From positions 128,001-192,000 of the forward strand of contig CAVURN010000003.1 of the NCBI GenBank assembly GCA_963743915.1: DNA of 64,000 nucleotides, read 5' to 3'. How positions within the stretch are numbered: position 1 is the first letter of the stretch; each line of letters begins with the position of its first letter. The stretch is from an uncultured Actinomycetota bacterium. Its GTDB lineage: Bacteria > Actinomycetota > Actinomycetes > JAHEKZ01. This document shows positions 62,462 to 64,000 of the stretch, piece after piece. Made by a program: the position numbers and the translations under genes. Under the pieces are notes generated by a model. The model was not told the DNA's origin. It made no database searches and saw only the letters and a list, made by a program, of their open reading frames with translations.

Positions 62462-62472
62462 CGCCGAGCGCC

Positions 62473-62543
62473 GCCGAGTGGCGCGCTCCATGCATTCTGG
62501 AGCTGATGTGGTCCCGCATTCTGCGCGCTGCGCACCACTCGGC
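62473..62543. repeat. Divergent REP-like inverted repeat, copy D
   Basis: GCCGAGTGG...CCACTCGGC termini between convergent genes. Confidence 0.55.
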
Positions 62544-62556
62544 GCGCTGAAGGTCG

Positions 62557-62871
62557 TCAGTCGCTCGAGGTGGTGGTGGCGAGGACGGTACGCAGCCGGG
62601 CACGGTTCGCCTCAGGCCCGGTCAGCTGGAGCCAGAGCACGCGTTCGTCGTCGGCGACGATGCCCACGTAGAGGGGGTAGGCGCCGGGACAGTCACACAT
62701 CGGCGGCACGATCAGCGCGCCCTTGGCGCCACCGACCCGCAGCGGGCTGACCACGCTGGGGCCGCCGAAGAACGGGTCGGGGTTGTTCGCCAGGTAGTCG
62801 GCGAAGCGCGCCGCGCCCGCTGACGTGGTGAACACGAGCACCCGGCTCTCCGCACCGGTGATCTCGGGCAT
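62557..62871 (-). pseudogene. 3' fragment of a hypothetical gene
   Basis: Coding-like MPEITGAESRVLVF..WLQLTGP; upstream it runs directly into the antisense strand of the aldolase fragment. Confidence 0.45.
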
Positions 62872-63202
62872 CGCGCTCAACCTCGACGAGCAGCAGCGAC
62901 TCGTGGCCGACCTCGGAGACCACCACGCCTTGATCCTGCGCAACCACGGATTGCTGACGGTCGGAGAGACGGCGGCCCGGGCGTTCCTGCGGATGTTCTA
63001 CCTCGACCGCGCCTGTGAGATCCAGCTGTCGGCGGCCGCTGCCGGTCCGCTGCGGCTCCCCTCACCGGAGGTCTGCGAGTACACGGCCGGCCAGTTCGAG
63101 GGCACCGTGGTCGGAGACTACGGCGACCCCGAGGGGATGGACCTGGCGTGGCAGGCGCTGCTGCGTCTCGTCGAGCGCGTCGCCCCCGACTACGCCGACT
63201 GA
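62867..63202 (+). pseudogene. C-terminal half of a class II aldolase/adducin-family protein
   Basis: GIALNLDEQQRLVADLG..LILRNHGLLTVG..YLDRACEIQ; the N-terminal half with the HxH motif is absent. Confidence 0.8.
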
Positions 63203-63849
63203 TGACACGGCCGCCGACCCTGGCCCAGCCCTATCTCGAGGCAGCCGCGAGCGCTCTTGAGCTGGTCGGGCACCCCGAGGTGGAACGCTCGTGGACGGAG
63301 CCGAGCGCCCTAGCCGACCTGAGCATCGGCGCCCTTGCCGCCCACCTCACCAGTCAGGTGGGCAGCACGGAGCTCACCCTCGACCATGAGGTGCGCGCCG
63401 ACGGGCCGGTGTCGACCCAGGAGCACTACGCAAGGGTGGCGTGGCGCGGGGCACCACTGGACGAGGAGACGAATCTCTCTATCCGTTCGAGCTCGGAGCG
63501 GCAAGCTGCTGCTGGTCGCGGCACGCTGCTGCACGAGGCCGAGAAAGCTCTGGAACGGCTCACTGCGCGGCTGCACGCAACGGATGGCGACACGGTCGTC
63601 CAACCGCCGTGGACGAGGTGGTCCTTGCGTCTCGACGACTTCTTGCTGACCAGACTCGTCGAGATCAGCGTGCACGCCGACGACCTCGCCGTGAGTGTCG
63701 GCGTCCAGGCTCCGGGACTGCCGGACGTCGTGCGGTCACCGGTGCGCCACCTGCTCATCGATCTTGCCGCGCAACGGCACGGTGACACCGCGGTGCTCCG
63801 AGCACTGAGCCGGTCCGAACGTGCTCCCGGGACGATCGCAGCCATCTGA
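63202..63849 (+). CDS. MDMPI-N (DinB-superfamily, mycothiol-dependent) protein
   Basis: W..PSAL..LSIGALAAHL..LLTRLVEI.VH.DDLA.S; start overlaps the upstream stop. Confidence 0.85.
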   Translation: MTRPPTLAQPYLEAAASALELVGHPEVERSWTEPSALADLSIGALAAHLTSQVGSTELTLDHEVRADGPVSTQEHYARVAWRGAPLDEETNLSIRSSSERQAAAGRGTLLHEAEKALERLTARLHATDGDTVVQPPWTRWSLRLDDFLLTRLVEISVHADDLAVSVGVQAPGLPDVVRSPVRHLLIDLAAQRHGDTAVLRALSRSERAPGTIAAI

Positions 63850-63852
63850 CCG

Positions 63853-64000
63853 TCACCGCAGGACGCTTACCACCGACGAGTAGTCGTCGGTCCACAGAGG
63901 ACCCTCGCGACCCGCCAGTGACTGCCATCCATCCGCCAGCAAACCCTCCACCCGGCTGTCCGCGCGGGAGAGAACGATCCAGGTGGACGAGGTCGCACTG
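63853..64000 (-). CDS. 3' end of a fused MFS/spermidine-synthase-like protein
   Basis: STWIVLSR..GWQSL..PLWTDDYSSVVSVLR*. Confidence 0.65.
   Translation of the reverse strand, partial: SATSSTWIVLSRADSRVEGLLADGWQSLAGREGPLWTDDYSSVVSVLR

Overview
64 kb of high-GC actinobacterial chromosome (leaderless TANNNT-N6-ATG/GTG starts, an actinobacterial LexA box, a SigF-type promoter) with about 65 genes and no rRNA, tRNA, CRISPR array, transposase or integrase. More than 20 otherwise normal genes are broken by single-base indels, most likely uncorrected long-read errors. From left to right: a LiuR-type acyl-CoA/MaoC/CitE module; a NERD protein; a decayed vapBC-like locus; DUF4386/SDR genes; a SigF-type stress pair; an MMPL transporter; a DUF1269/APC/M20/Dcu/lipoprotein/AI-2E/DUF6325/SHOCT block; a GcvT-family amine dehydrogenase; SOS-boxed alkB; TetR plus a Tat amidohydrolase; a NERD-helicase; a 10 kb GH4/PfkB/SIS/GatZ sugar cluster bracketed by REP-like hairpins; a second SHOCT/DUF6325/DUF7144/holin-phosphatase/LURP block; three large STAND-type regulators; and housekeeping enzymes. 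The best candidate for an undescribed system is a putative regulon of uncharacterised membrane proteins around a MalT-like LuxR gene, marked by a recurring 17-bp TCACCC-N5-GGRTSA site at conserved promoter distances. Family names are recognised by eye from translated motifs; no database searches were run.
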